NCBI RefSeq assembly: GCF_009914755.1
Contig: NC_060948.1
Strand: one strand, 5' to 3'
DNA length: 64,000 nt
Origin: the human T2T-CHM13v2.0 reference genome, Homo sapiens
The notes beneath the pieces were generated by a model. The model was given only the letters and a program-made list of their open reading frames with translations. It did not search any database and was not told the origin of the DNA. The first letter of the stretch is position 1; each line of letters starts with the position of its first letter. Of this stretch, positions 39,968 through 61,716 are shown piece by piece. The position numbers were made by a program, and so were the translations under genes.

Positions 39968-42067
39968 AGATCCATATTTTTTAAATGAAAAAAAATTTCA
40001 AAGGTACTCTGCTTGGTACAATAATCAAATGTATAAACTGAGGAATAAAACATAACCATGAAAGCTACTTATAACTGCATATGGAAAATACAGAGGATAG
40101 TTTTTTAAATAACATATTTTGAAAGCCTTAACTAGCAATTTGAATAGTTGGCATTTGAAAGGACAGTATGAATATACATTCAAAGCAGCAACACAGGTTC
40201 CCCATGAGAAAAAGCAAACTCAGGGAAAATAAAACCACAAAGGTTCAATCTCTTCTGATCTTTGAAAGACACAGCACAGACAGTGGTCCTTAGGAGGAAG
40301 AGCGGGAGACCCCTAATTCCGTCACCATGGCGATAGGGCATAAACATTGCTAGGTGAGGGCACAATCCACATTGTGAGGTCCAACTGCTGCCAGGAAGAC
40401 AGGAGTGCTTTTACATAGACCGAAAGGTCATTGAAGGCTCAGAGTTTTGTTTCAAGAACTGAATCCCAAGCCCACACGTTATTAGGCTGCGCTTCTTAAA
40501 ACAAGTTATGAGATGGGAAAAAGGGCACCCACAAACATACGTATACATTATGTATATAATAATATACAGTATCATATATATAATATATATAACCTATGTA
40601 TAATATTGTTTTACATCCTGCATCTTATACTATATATATTGTATAAAATATAATAATTGATAATATATAAGTTTTATATTTATACAATATGACATATAGT
40701 ATATATTATAATTTATGACATATATATTATAATTTATATATCATATATAGAATATATTATACGGTTAATATACGTATTAAATATAAATTATATATTATAT
40801 ACATTATATATAATATATCTGTTATATATAATACCCATTATGCATAATATATATATTATGTCTATGTTATATATAGTATAAAACAACATATAATAATATA
40901 TAATTGTATATATAAAATGTGACATATAATATATATTATATTTTATGACATATGTAATATATATTATATATTATATATAATACGTTGTATGTATAATACC
41001 TATATTAAATATATATGATAGGACTATGTTATTAATTACATGTGACATGTGTTATATATTATATATTTTACATAGAATATAGTGGTTACATACAATATAT
41101 ACTATGTTACCTGTAATGTATAATTTATTACATGTAAAATAAAGAATGCAATATATTATGTATAATTTATAATATACAATATGTGGAATGTGATATATAT
41201 AACATACATGATATATGATATACAGTATATGATATATAACATACAATATATGATACCTAATATATATGGAATACAATATATATTTTATGATATGTATTCT
41301 ATATGTTTTATATTCTGTTATATATAACTATTTGAAATTATATATAACTGTATAATATTTTATGTAAATACGTAATATAATATATATAACTATATAATAT
41401 ATTATATATAACTATATATTATGTTATATATACTTTTATAACATAATTTACATAAAATATCATAATATAATATATATTATATTATTTCATATTACATAAT
41501 ATATATTACATATCACCCAATATAAGTAACATACATAATATTATAATATAGATTATATTATGTTATATTAAATATCATATATATCATGTATCATATATTC
41601 TATAATATATATTATACATTATATAATATGTATGTTGTCTATTATGTGATATATATAACTATATATATAATTAAATTATTATACATATAACTAGATAAAC
41701 GTGTAATTCTACATATTTTCATTTATAATATGTAGAATTATATAATCATATATAATTATTTATATTCTATAAAAAATTATATCATTATATAAATTATAAT
41801 ATATAAAAATTATAATATGTACTAAAAACAGATATATTATATATCATATATGATATAGTACCTTTGTTATATATCATAGTACATATAAATGTGTATTATG
41901 TTATCTATAATTATATAATTTCATATATAAGATGTATAATATGTATTATATATTATATATGTTATGTAATATATATAGTATATATAAGATGACACAGGAT
42001 AAATATTATATACTATGACATATAAAATATATGAGGTTATATGTTGCATATAAGGCATAGCACATAA

Positions 42068-42382
<315 letters not shown>

Positions 42383-44480
42383 AGATCCATATTTTTTAAA
42401 TGAAAAAAAATTTCAAAGGTACTCTGCTTGGTACAATAATCAAATGTACAAACTGAGGAATAAAACATAACCATGAAAGCTACTTATAACTGCATATGGA
42501 AAATACAGAGGATAATTTTTTAAGTAACATATTTTGAAAGCCTTAACTAGTAATTTGAAGAGTTGGCATTTGAAAGGACAGTATGAATATACCTCCAAAG
42601 CAGCAACACAGGTTCCCCATGAGAAAAAGCAAACTCAGGGAAAATAAAACCACAAAGGTTCAATCTCTTCTGACCTTTGAAAGACACAGCACAGACAGTG
42701 GTCCTTAGGACGAAGAGCAGGAGACCCCTAATTCCGTCACCATGGCGATAGGGCATAAACATTGCTGGGTGAGGGCACAATCCACATTGTGAGGTCCAAC
42801 TGCTGCCAGGAAGACAGGAGTGCTTTTACATAGACCGAAAGGTCATTCAAGGCTCAGAGTTTTGTTTCAAGAACTGAATCCCAAGCCCACACGTTATTAG
42901 GCTGCGCTTCTTAAAACAAGTTATGAGATGGGAAAAAGGGCACCCACAAACATACGTATACATTATGTATATAATAATATACAGTATCATATATATAATA
43001 TATATAACCTATGTATAATATTGTTTTACATCCTGCATCTTATACTATATATATTGTATAAAATATAATAATTGATAATATATAAGTTTTATATTTATAG
43101 AATATGACATATAGTATATATTATAATTTATGACATATATATTATAAGTTATATATCATATATAGAATATATTATACGGTTAATATAAGTATTAAATATA
43201 AATTATATATTATATACATTATATGTAATATATCTGTTATATATAATACCCATTATGCATAATATATATATTATGTCTATGTTATATATAGTATAAAACA
43301 ACATATAATAATATATAATTGTATATAAAAAATGTGACATATAATATATATTATATTTTATGACATATGTAATATATATTATATATTATATATAATACGT
43401 TGTATGTATAATACCTATATTAAATATATATGATATGACTATGTTATTAATTATATGTGACATGTGTTATATATTATATATTTTACATACAATATACCGG
43501 TTACATACAATATATACTATGTTACCTGTAATGTATAATTTATTACATGTAAAATAAAGAATGCAATATATTATGTATAATTTATAATATACAATATGTG
43601 GAATGTGATATATATAACTTATATGATATATGATATACAGTATATGATATATAACATACAATATATGATACCTAATATATATGGTATACAATATATATTT
43701 TATGATATGTATTCTATATGTTTTATATTCTGTTATATATAACTATTTGAAATTATATATAACTGTATAATATTTTATGTAAATATGTAATATAATATAT
43801 ATAACTATATAATATATTATATATAACTATATATTATGTTATATATACTTTTATAACATAATTTACATAAAATGTCATAATATAATGTATATTATATTAT
43901 TTCATATTACATAATATATATTGCATATCACCCAATATAAGTAACATACATAATATTATAATATAGATTATATTATGTTATATTAAATATCATATATATC
44001 ATGTATCATATATTCTATAATATATATTATACATTATATAATATGTATGTTGTCTATTATGTGATATATATAACTATATATAATTATATTATTATACATA
44101 TAACTAGATAAACATGTAATTCTACATATTTTCATTTATAATATATAGAATTATATAATCATATATAATTATTTATATTCTATAAAAAATTATATCATTA
44201 TATAAATTATAATATATAAAAATTATAATACGTACTACAAATATATATATTATATATCATATATGATATAGTACCTTTGTTATATATCATAGTACATATA
44301 AATGTGTATTATGTTATCTATAATTATATAATTTCATATATAAGATGTATAATATGTATTATATATTATATATGTTATGTAATATATATAGTATATATAA
44401 GATGACACAGGATAAATATTATATACTATGACATATAAAATATATGAGGTTATATGTTACATATAAGGCATAGCACATAA

Positions 44481-44795
<315 letters not shown>

Positions 44796-46899
44796 AGATC
44801 CATATTTTTTAAATGAAAAAAAATTTCAAAGGTACTCTGCTTGGTACAATAATCAAATGTATAAACTGAGGAATAAAACATAACCATGAAAGCTACTTAT
44901 AACTGCATATGGAAAATACAGAGGATAATTTTTTAATAACATATTTTGAAAGCCTTAACTAGTAATTTGAAGAGTTGGCATTTGAAAGGCCAGTATGAAT
45001 ATACCTTCAAAGCAGCAACACAGGTTCCCCATGAGAAAAAGCAAACTCAGGGAAAATAAAACCGCAAAGGTTCAATCTCTTCTGACGTATGAAAGACACA
45101 GCACAGACAGTGGTCCTTAGGAGGAAGAGCAGGAGACCCCTAATTCCGTCACCATGGCGATAGGGCATAAACATTGCTGGGTGAGGGCACAATCCACATT
45201 GTGAGGTCCAACTGCTGCCAGGAAGACAGGAGTGCTTTTACATAGACCGAAAGGTCATTGAAGGCTCAGAGTTTTGTTTCAAGAACTGAATCCCAAGCCC
45301 ACACGTTATTAGGCTGCGCTTCTTAAAACAAGTTATGAGATTGGAAAAAGGGCACCCACAAACATACGTATACATTATGTATATAATAATATACAGTATC
45401 ATATATATAATATATATAACCTATGTATAATATTGTTTTACATCCTGCATCTTATAATATATATATTGTATAAAATATAATAATTGATAATATATAAGTT
45501 TTATATTTATACAATATGACATATAGTATATATTATAATTTATGACATATATTATGTATGTTATATATCATATATAGAATATATTATACGGTTAATATAC
45601 GTATTAAGTATGAATTATACATTATATATATTATATATAATATATCTGTTATATATAATACCCATTATGCATAATATATATATTATGTCTATGTTATATA
45701 TTGTATAAAACAACATATAATAATATATAATTGTATATATAAAATGCGACATATAATATATATTATATTTTATGATATATGTAGTATATATTATATATTA
45801 TATATAATACGTTGTATGTATAATACCTATATTAAATATATATTATATGACTATGTTATTAATTATATGTCACATATGTTATATATTATATATTTTACAT
45901 AGAATATACCGGTTACATACAATATATACTATGTTACCTATAATGTATAATTTATTACATGTAAAATAAAGAATGCAATATATTACGTATAATTTATAAT
46001 ATACAATATGTGGAATGTGATACATATAACATATAATATATGTTATATGATATACAGTATATGATATATAACATACAATATATGATACCTAATATATATG
46101 GTATACAATATATATTTTATGATATGTATTCTATATGTTTTATATTCTGTTATATATAACTATTTGAAATTATATGTAACTGTATAATATTTTATGTAAA
46201 TATGTAATATAATATATACAACTATATAATATATTATATATAACTATATATTATGTTATATATACTTTTATAACATAATTTACATAAAATATCATAATAT
46301 AATATATATTATATTATTTCACATTACGTAATATATATTACACATCACCCAATATAAGTAACACACATAATATTATAATATAGATTATATTATGTTATAT
46401 TAAATCTCATATATATCATGTATCATATATTCTGTAATATATATTATACAATATATAATATGTATGTTGTCTATTATGTGATATATATAACTATATATAT
46501 AATTATATTATTATACATATAACTAGATGAACATGTAATTCTACATATTTTAATTTATAATATATGGAATTATATAATCATATATAATTATTTATATTCT
46601 ATAAAAAATTATATCATTATATAAATTATAATATATAAAAATTATAATATGTACTACAAATATATATATTATATATCATATATGATATAGTACCTTTGTT
46701 ATATATCATAATACATATAAATGTGTATTATGTTATCTATAATTATATAATTTCATATATAAGATGTATAATATGTATTATATATTATATATGTTATGTA
46801 ATATATATAGTATATATAAGCTGACACAGGATAAATATTATATACTATGACATATAAAATATATGAGGTTATATGTTACATATAAGGCATAGCACATAA

Positions 46900-47214
<315 letters not shown>

Positions 47215-49317
47215 AGATCCATATTTTTTAAATGAAAAAAAATTTCAAAGGTACTCTGCTTGGTACAATAATCAAATGTATAAACTGAGGAATAAAACAT
47301 AACCATGAAACCTACTTATAACTGCATATGGAAAATACAGAGGATAATTTTTTAAATAACATATTTTGAAAGCCTTAACTAGTAATTTGAAGAGTTGGCA
47401 TTTGAAAGGCCAGAATGAATATACCTTCAAAGCAGCAACATAGGTTCCCCATGAGAAAAAGCAAACTCAGGGAAAATAAAACCACAAAGGTTCAATCTCT
47501 TCTGACCTTTGAAAGACACAGCACAGACAGTGGTCCTTAGGACGAAGAGCAGGAGACCCCTAATTCCGTCACCATGGCGATAGGGCATAAACACTGCTGG
47601 GTGAGGGCACAATCCACATTGTGAGGTCCAACTGCTGCCAGGAAGACAGGAGCGCTTTTACATAGACCGAAAGTTCATTGAAGGCTCAGAGTTTTGTTTC
47701 AAGAACTGAATCCCAAGCCCACACGTTATTAGGCTGCGCTTCTTAAAACAAGTTATGAGATGGGAAAAAGGGCACCCACAAACATACGTATACATTATGT
47801 ATATAATAATATACAGTATCATATATATAATATATATAACCTATGTATAATATTGTTTTACATCCTGCATCTTATATTATATATATTGTGTAAAATATAA
47901 TAATTGATAATATATAAGTTTTATATTTATACAATATGACATATAGTATATATTATAATTTATGACATATATAATATATGTTATATATCATATATAGAAT
48001 ATATTATACGGTTAATATACGTATTAAATATAAATTATACATTATATGTATTATATATAATATATCTGCTATATATAATACCCATTATGCATAATATATA
48101 TATTATGTCTATGTTATGCATAGTATAAAACAACATATAATAATATATAATTGTGTATATAAAATGCGACATATAATATATATTATATTTTATGACATCT
48201 GTAATATATATTATATATTATATATAATACATTGTATGTATAATACCTATATTAAATATATATTATATGACTATGTTATTAATTACATGTCACATATGTT
48301 ATATATTATATATTTTACATAGAATATACCGGTTACATACAATATATACTATGTTACCTATAATGTATAATATATTACATGTAAAATAAAGAATGCAATA
48401 TATTATGTGTAATTTATAATATACAATATGTGGAATGTGATATATATAACATATAATATATGATATATGATATACAGTATATGATATATAACATACAATA
48501 TATGATACCTAATATATATGGTATACAATATATATTTTATGATATGTATTCTATATGTTTTATATTCTGTTATATATAACTATTTGAAATTATATATAAC
48601 TGTATAATATTTTATGTAAATATGTAATATAATATATATAACTATATAATATATTATATATAACTATATATTATGTTATATATACTTTTATAACTTAATT
48701 TACATAAAATATCATAGTATAATATATATTATATTACTTCATATTACATAATATATATTACATATCACCCAATATAAGTAACATACATAATATTATAATA
48801 TGCATTATATTATGTTATATTAAATATCATATATATCATGTATCATATATTCTATAATATATATTATACATTATATAATATGTATGTTGTCTATTATGTG
48901 ATATATATAACTATATATAATTATATTATTATACATATAACTAGATAAACATGTAATTCTACATAATTTCATTTATAATGTATAGAATTATATAATCATA
49001 TATAATTATTTATATTCTATAAAAAATTATATCATTATATAAATTATAATATATAAAAATTATAATACGTACTACAAATATATATATTATATATCATATA
49101 TGATATAGTACCTTTGTTATATATCATAGTACATATAAATGTGTATTATGTTATCTATAATTATATAATTTCATATATAAGATGTATAATATGTATTATA
49201 TATTATATATGTTATGTAATATATATAGTATATATAAGATAACACAGGATAAATATTATATACTATGACATATAAAATATATGAGGTTATATGTTACATA
49301 TAAGGCATAGCACATAA

Positions 49318-49632
<315 letters not shown>

Positions 49633-51735
49633 AGATCCATATTTTTTAAATGAAAAAAAATTTGAAAGGTACTCTGCTTGGTAGAATAATCAAATGTATA
49701 AACTGAGGAATAAAACATAACCATGAAAGCTACTTATAACTGCATATGGAAAATACAGAGGATAATTTTTTAAATAACATATTTTGAAAGCCTTAACTAG
49801 TAATTTGAAGAGTTGGCATTTGAAAGGACAGTATGAATATACCTTCAAAGCAGCAACACAGGTTCCCCATGAGAAAAAGCAAACTCAGGGAAAATAAAAC
49901 CAAAAAGGTTCAATCTCTTCTGATCTTTGAAAGACACAGCACAGACAGTGGTCCTTAGGACGAAGAGCAGGAGACCCCTAATTCCGTCACCATGGCGATA
50001 GGGCAGAAACATTGCTGGGTGAGGGCACAATCCACATTGTGAGGTCCAACTGCTGCCAGGAAGACAGGATTGCTTTTACATAGACCGAAAGGTCATTGAA
50101 GGCTCAGAGTTTTGTTTCAAGGACTGAATCCCAAGCCCACACCTTATTAGGCTGCGCTTCTTAAAACAAGTTATGAGATGGGAAAAAGGGCACCCACAAA
50201 CATACGTATACATTATGTATATAAAAATATACAGTATCATATATATAATATATATAACCTATGTATAATATTGTTTTACATCCTGCATCTTATACTATAT
50301 ATATTGTATAAAATATAATAATTGATAATATATAAGTTTTATATTTATACAATATGACATATATTATATATTATAATTTATGATATATATATTATATGTT
50401 ATATATCATATATAGAATATATTATACGGTTAATATTCGTATTAAATATAAATTATATATTATATACATTATATATAATATATCTGTTATATATAATACA
50501 CATTATGCATATTATATATATTATGTCTATGTTATATATAGTATAAAACAACATATAATAATATATAATTGTATATATAAAAGGTGACATAAAATATATA
50601 TTATATTTTATGACATATGAAATATATATTATATATTACATATAATACGTTGTATGTATAATACCTATAATAAATATATATGATATGACTATGTTATTAA
50701 TTACATGTCACATGTGTTATATATTATATATTTTACATACAATATACCGGTTACATACAATATATACTATGTTACCTACAATGTATAATTTATTACATGT
50801 AAAATAAAGAATGCAGTATATTATGTATAATTTATAATATACAATATGTGGAATGTGATATATATAACATATAATATATGATATATGATATACAGTATAT
50901 GATATATAACATACAATATATGATACCTAATATATATGGTATACAATATATATTTTATGATATGTATTCTATATGTTTTATATTCTGTTATATATAACTA
51001 TTTGAAATTATATATAACTGTATAATATTTTATGTAAATTTGTAATATAATATATATAACTATATAATATATTATATATAACTATATATTATGTTATATA
51101 TACTTTTATAACATAATTTACATAAAATGTCATAATATAATGTATATTATATTATTTCATATTACATAATATATATTGCATATCACCCAATATAAGTAAC
51201 ATACATAATATTATAATATAGATTATATTATGTTATATTAAATATCATATATATCATGTATCATATATTCTATAATATATATTATACATTATATAATATG
51301 TATGTTGTCTATTATGTGATATATATAACTATATATAATTATATTATTATACATATAACTAGATAAACATGTAATTCTACATATTTTCATTTATAATATA
51401 TAGAATTATATAATCATATATAATTATTTATATTCTATAAAAAATTATATCATTATATAAATTATAATATATAAAAATTATAATACGTACTACAAATATA
51501 TATATTATATATCATATATGATATAGTACCTTTGTTATATATCATAGTACATATAAATGTGTATTATGTTATCTATAATTATATAATTTCATATATAAGA
51601 TGTATAATATGTATTATATATTACATATGTTATGTAATATATATAGTATATATAAGATGACACAGGATAAATATTATATACTATGACATATAAAATATAT
51701 GAGGTTATATGTTACATATAAGGCATAGCACATAA

Positions 51736-52050
<315 letters not shown>

Positions 52051-54151
52051 AGATCCATATTTTGTAAATGAAAAAAAATTTCAAAGGTACTCTGCTTGGT
52101 ACAATAATCAAATGTATAAACTGAGGAATAAAACATAACCATGAAAGCTACTTATAACTGCATATGGAAAATACAGAGGATAATTTTTTAAATAACATAT
52201 TTTGAAAGCCTTAACTAGTAATTTGAAGAGTTGGCATTTGAAAGGCCAGTATGAATATACCTTCAAAGCAGCAACACAGGTTCCCCATGAGAAAAAGCAA
52301 ACTCAGGGAAAATAAAACCGCAAAGGTTCAATCTCTTCTGACCTATGAAAGACACAGCACAGACAGTGGTCCTTAGGAGGAAGAGCAGGAGACCCCTAAT
52401 TCCGTCACCATGGCGATAGGGCATAAACATTGCTGGGTGAGGGCACAATCCACATTGTGAGGTCCAACTGCTGCCAGGAAGACAGGAGTGCTTTTACATA
52501 GACCGAAAGGTCATTGAAGGCTCAGAGTTTTGTTTCAAGAACTGAATCCCAAGCCCACACGTTATTAGGCTGCGCTTCTTAAAACAAGTTATGAGATTGG
52601 AAAAAGGGCACCCACAAACATACGTATACATTATGTATATAATAATATACAGTATCATATATATAATATATATAACCTATGTATAATATTGTTTTACATC
52701 CTGCATCTTATACTAAATATATTGTATAAAATATAATAATTGATAATATATAAGTTTTATATTTATACAATATGACATATAGTATATATTATAATTTATG
52801 ACATATATATTATAAGTTATATACCATATATAGAATATATTATACGGTTAATATACGTATTAAATATAAATTATACATTATATATATTATATATAATATA
52901 TCTGCTATATATAATACCCATTATGCATAATATATATATTATGTCTATGTTATATATAGTATAAAACAACCTATAATAATATATAATTGTATATATAAAA
53001 TGCGACATATAATATATATTATATTTTATGACATATGTAATATATATTATATATTATATATAATACGTTTTATGTATAATACCTATATTAAATATATATT
53101 ATATGACTATGTTATTAATTACGTGTCACATATGTTATATATTATATATTTTACATAGAATATACCGGTTACATACAATATATACTATGTTACCTATAAT
53201 GTATAATTGATTACATGTAAAATAAAGAATGCAATATATTATGTATAATTTATAATATACAATATGTGGAATGTGATATATATAACATATAATATATGAT
53301 ATAGGATATACAGTATATGATATATAACATACAATATATGATACCTAGTATATATGGTATACAATATATATTTTATGATATGTATTCTATATGTTTTATA
53401 TTCTGTTATATATAACTATTTGAAATTATATATAACTGTATAATATTTTATGTAAATATGTAATATAATATATAACTATATAATATATTATATATAACTA
53501 TATATTATGTTATATATACTTTTATAACATAATTTACATAAAATATCATAATATAATATATATTATATTATTTCATATTACATAATATATATTACATATC
53601 ACCCAATATAAGTAACATACATAATATTATAATATAGATTATATTATGTTATATTAAATATCATATATATCATGTATCATATATTCTATAATATATATGA
53701 TACATTATATAATATGTATGTTGTCTATTATGTGATATATATAACTATATATAATTATATTATTATACATATTACTAGATAAACATGTAATTCTACATAT
53801 TTTCATTTATAATATATAGAATTATATAATCATATATAATTATTTATATTCTATAAAAAATTATATCATTATATAAATTATAATATATAAAAATTATAAT
53901 ATGTACTACAAATATATATATTATATATCATATATGATATAGTACCTTTGTTATATATCATAATACATATAAATGTGTATTATGTTATCTATAATTATAT
54001 AATTTCATATATGAGATGTATAATATGTATTATATATTATATATGTTATGTAATATATATAGTATATATAAGATGACACAGGATAAATATTATATACTAT
54101 GACATATAAAATATATGAGATTATATGTTACATATAAGGCATAGCACATAA

Positions 54152-54466
<315 letters not shown>

Positions 54467-56567
54467 AGATCCATATTTTTTAAATGAAAAAAAATTTCAA
54501 AGGTACTCTGCTTGGTACAATAATCAAATGTATAAACTGAGGAATAAAACATAACCATGAAACCTACTTATAACTGCATATGGAAAATACAGAGGATAAT
54601 TTTTTAAATAACATATTTTGAAAGCCTTAACTAGTAATTTGAAGAGTTGGCATTTGAAAGGCCAGTATGAATATACCTTCAAAGCAGCAACACAGGTTCC
54701 CCATGAGAAAAAGCAAACTCAGGGAAAATAAAACCACAAAGGTTCAATCTCTTCTGACCTTTGAAAGACACAGCACAGACAGTGGTCCTTAGGACGAAGA
54801 GCAGGAGACCCCTAATTCCGTCACCATGGCGATAGGGCATAAACATTGCTGGGGGAGGGCACAATCCACATTGTGAGGTCCAACTGCTGCCAGGAAGACA
54901 GGAGTGCTTTTACATAGACCGAAAGGTCATTGAAGGCTCAGAGTTTTGTTTCAAGAACTGAATCCCAAGCCCACACGTTATTAGGCTGCGCTTCTTAAAA
55001 CAAGTTATGAGATGGGAAAAAGGGCACCTACAAACATACGTATACATTATGTATATAATAATATACAGTATCATATATATAATATATATAACCCATGTAT
55101 AATATTGTTTTACATCCTGCATCTTATATTATATATATTGTATAAAATATAATAATTGATAATATATAAATTTTATATTTATGCAATATGACATATAGTA
55201 TATATTATAATTTATTACATATATAATATATGTTATATATCATATATAGAATATATTATACGGTTAATATACGTATTAAATATAAATTATGCATTATATA
55301 TATTATATATATTATATCTGCTATATATAATACCCATTGTGCATAATATATATATTATGTCTATGTTATATATAGTATAAAACAACATATAATAATATAT
55401 AATTGTATATATAAAACGCGACATATAATATATATTATATTTTATGACATATGTAATATATATTATATATTATATATAATACGTTGTTTGTATAATACCT
55501 ATATTAAATATAAATTATATGACGATGTTATTAATTTCATGTCACATATGTTATATATTATATATTTTACATAGAATATACCGGTTACATACAATATATA
55601 CTATGTTACCTATAATGTATAATTTATTACATGTAAAATAAAGAATGCAATATATTATGTATAATTTATAATATACAATATGTGGAATGTGATATATATA
55701 ACATATAATATATGATATATGATATACAGTATATAATATATAACATACAATATATGATACCTAATATATATGGTATACAATATATATTTTATGATATGTA
55801 TTCTATATGTTTTATATTCTGTTATATATAACTATTTGAAATTATATATAACTGTATAATATTTTATGTAAATATGTAATATAGTATATAACTATATAAT
55901 ATATTATATATAACTATATATTATGTTAGATATACTTTTATAACATAATTTACATAAAATATCATAATATAATATATATTATATTATTTCATATTACATA
56001 ATATATATTACATATCACCCAATATAAGTAACATACATAATATTATAATATAGATTATATTATGTTATATTAAATATCATATATATCATGTATCATATAT
56101 TCTATAATATATATGATACATTATATAATATGTATGTTGTCTATTATGTGATATATATAACTATATATAATTATATTATTATACATATTACTAGATAAAC
56201 ATGTAATTCTACATATTTTCATTTATAATATATAGAATTATATAATCATATATAATTATTTATATTCTATAAAAAATTATATCATTATATAAATTATAAT
56301 ATATAAAAATTATAATATGTACTACAAATATATATATTATATATCATATATGATATAGTACCTTTGATATATATCATAATACATATAAATGTGTATTATG
56401 TTATCTATAATTATATAATTTCATATATGAGATGTATAATATGTATTATATATTATATATGTTATGTAATATATATAGTATATATAAGATGACACAGGAT
56501 AAATATTATATACTATGACATATAAAATATATGAGGTTATATGTTACATATAAGGCATAGCACATAA

Positions 56568-56882
<315 letters not shown>

Positions 56883-59005
56883 AGATCCATATTTTTTAAA
56901 TGAAAAAAAATTTCAAAGGTACTCTGCTTGGTACAATAATCAAATGTATAAACTGAGGAATAAAACATAACCATGAAACCTACTTATAACTGCATATGGA
57001 AAATACAGAGGATAATTTTTTAAATAACATATTTTGAAAGCCTTAACTAGTAATTTGAAGAGTTGGCATTTGAAAGGCCAGTATGAATATACCTTCAAAG
57101 CAGCAACACAGGTACCCCATGAGAAAAAGCAAACTCAGGGAAAATAAAACCACAAAGGTTGAATCTCTTCTGACCTTTGAAAGACACAGCACAGACAGTG
57201 GTCCTTAGGACGAAGAGCAGGAGACCCCTAATTCCGTCACCATGGCGATAGGGCATAAACATTGCTGGGTGAGGGCACAATCCACATTGTGAGGTCCAAC
57301 TGCTGCCAGGAAGACAGGAGTGCTTTTACATAGACCAAAAGGTCATTGAAGGCTCAGAGTTTTGTTTCAAGAACTGAATCCCAAGCCCACACGTTATTAG
57401 GCTGCGCTTCTTAAACAAGTTATGAGATGGGAAAAAGGGCACCTACAAACATAAGTATACATTATGTATATAATAATATACAGTATCATATATATAATAT
57501 ATATAACCCATGTATAATATTGTTTTACATCCTGCATCTTATATTATATATATTGTATAAAATATAATAATTGATAATATATAAATTTTATATTTATACA
57601 ATATGACATATAGTATATATTATAATTTATTACATATATAATATATGTTATATATCATATATAGAATATATTATACGGTTAATATACGTATTAAATATAA
57701 ATTATACATTATATATATTATATAAAATATATCTGCTATATATAATACCCATTGTGCATAATATATATATTATGTCTATGTTATATATAGTATAAAACAA
57801 CATATAATAATATATAATTGTATATATAAAACGCGACATATAATATATATTATATTTTATGACATATGTAATATATATTATATATTATATATAATACGTT
57901 GTTTGTATAATACCTATAATAAATATAAATTATATGACTATGTTATTAATTTCATGTCACATATGTTATATATTATATATTTTACATAGAATATACCGGT
58001 TACATACAATATATACTATGTTACCTATAATGTATAATTTATTACATGTAAAATAAAGAATGCAATATATTATGTATAATTTATAATATACAATATGTGG
58101 AATGTGATATATATAACATATAATATATTATATATGATATACAGTATATGATATATAACATACAATATATGATACCTAATATATATGGTATACAATATAT
58201 ATTTTATGATATGTATTCTATATGTTTTATATTCTGTTATATATAACTATTTGAAATTATATATAACTGTATAATATTTTATGTAAATATGTAATATAAT
58301 ATATAACTATATAATATATTATATATAACTATATATTATGTTATATATACTTTTATAACATAATTTACATAAAATATCATAATATAATATATATTATATT
58401 ATTTCATATTACATAATATATATTACATATCACCCAATATAAGTAACATACATAATATTATAATATAGATTATATTATGTTATATTAAATATCATATATA
58501 TCATGTATCATATATTCTATAATATATATGATACATTATATAATATGTATGTTGTCTATTATGTGATATATATAACTATATATAATTATATTATTATACA
58601 TATTACTAGATAAACATGTAATTCTACATATTTTCATTTATAATATATAGAATTATATAATCATATATAATTATTTATATTCTATAAAAAATTATATCAT
58701 TATATAAATTATAATATATAAAAATTATAATATGTACTACAAATATATATATTATATATCATATATGATATAGTACCTTTGTTATATATCATAATACATA
58801 TAAATGTGTATTATGTTATTTATAATTATATAATTTCATATATAAGATGTATAATATGTATTATATATTATATATGTTATGTAATATATATAGTATATAT
58901 AAGATGACACAGGATAAATATTATATACTATGACATATAAAATATATGAGGTTATATGTTACATATAAGGCATAGCACATAACATGTAATATATATCATA
59001 TATAA

Positions 59006-59296
<291 letters not shown>

Positions 59297-61401
59297 AGAT
59301 CCATATTTTTTAAATGAAAAAAAATTTCAAAGGTACTCTGCTTGGTACAATAATCAAATGTATAAACTGAGGAATAAAACATAACCATGAAACCTACTTA
59401 TAACTGCATATGGAAAATACAGAGGATAATTTTTTAAATAACATATTTTGAAAGCGTTAACTAGTAATTTGCAGAGTTGGCATTTGAAAGGCCAGTATGA
59501 ATATACCTTCAAAGCAGCAACACAGGTTCCCCATGAGAAAAAGCAAACTCAGGGAAAATAAAACCACAAAGGTTCAATCTCTTCTGACCTTTGAAAGACA
59601 CAGCACAGACAGTGGTCCTTAGGACGAAGAGCAGGAGACCCCTAATTCCGTCACCATGGCGATAGGGCATAAACATTGCTGGGTGAGGGCACAATCCACA
59701 TTGTGAGGTCCAACTGCTGCCAGGAAGACAGGAGTGCTTTTACATAGACCGAAAGGTCATTGAAGGCTCAGAGTTTTGTTTCAAGAACTGAATCCCAAGC
59801 CCACACATTATTAGGCTGCGCTTCTTAAAACAAGTTATGAGATGGGAAAAAGGGCACCTACAATCATACGAATACATTATGTATATAATAATATACAGTA
59901 TCATATATATAATATATATAACCCATGTATAATATTGTTTTACATCCTGCATCTTATATTATATATATTGTATAAAATATAATAATTGATAATATATAAA
60001 TTTTATATTTATACAATATGACATATAGTATATATTATAATTTATTACATATATAATATATGTAATATATCATATATAGAATATATTATACGGTTAATAT
60101 ACGTATTAAATATAAATTATACATTATATATATTATATATAATATATCTGCTATATATAATACCCATTTTGCATAATATATATATTATGTCTATGTTATA
60201 TATAGTATAAAACAACATATAATAATATATAATTGTATATATAAAACGCGACATATAATATATATTATATTTTATGACAGATGTAATATATATTATATAT
60301 TATATATAATACGTTGTATGTATAATACCTATATTAAATATAAATTATATGACTATGTTATTAATTACATGTCACATATGTTATATATTATATATTTTAC
60401 ATAGAATATACCGGTTACATACAATATATACTATGTTACCTACAATGTATAATTTATTACATGTAAAATAAATAATGCAGTATATTATGTATAATTTATA
60501 ATATACAATATGTGGAATGTGATATATATAACATATAATATATGATATATGATATACAGTATATGATATATAACATACAATATATGATTCCTAATATATA
60601 TGGTATACAATATATATTTTATGATATGTATTCTATATGTTTTATATTCTGTTATATATAACTATTTGAAATTATATATAACTGTATAATATTTTATGTA
60701 AATATGTAATATAACATATATAACTATATAATATAGTATATATAACTATATATTATGTTATATATACTTTTATAACATAATTTACATAAAATATCATAAT
60801 ATAATGTATTATATATTATTTCATATTACATAATATATATTACATAGTACCCAATATAAGTAACATACATAATATTATAATATAGATTATATTATGTTAT
60901 ATTAAATATCATATATATCATGTATCATATATTCTATAATATATATTACACATTATATAATATGTATGTTGTCTATTATGTGATATATATAACTATATAT
61001 ATAATTATCTTATTTTACATATAACTAGATAAACATGTAATTCTACATATTTTCATTTATAATATATAGAATTATATAATCATATATAATTATTTATATT
61101 CTATAAAAAATTATGTCATTATATAAATTATAATATATAAAAATTATAATATGTACTACAAATATATATATTATATATCATATATGATATAGTACCTTTG
61201 TTATATATCATAATACATATAAATGTGTATTATGTTATCTATAATTATATAATTTCATATATAAGTTGTATAATATGTATCATACATTATATAAGTTATG
61301 TAATATATATAGTATATATAAGATGACACAGGATAAATATTATAAACTATGACATATAAAATATATGAGGTTATATGTTACATATAAGGCATAGCACATA
61401 A

Positions 61402-61716
<315 letters not shown>
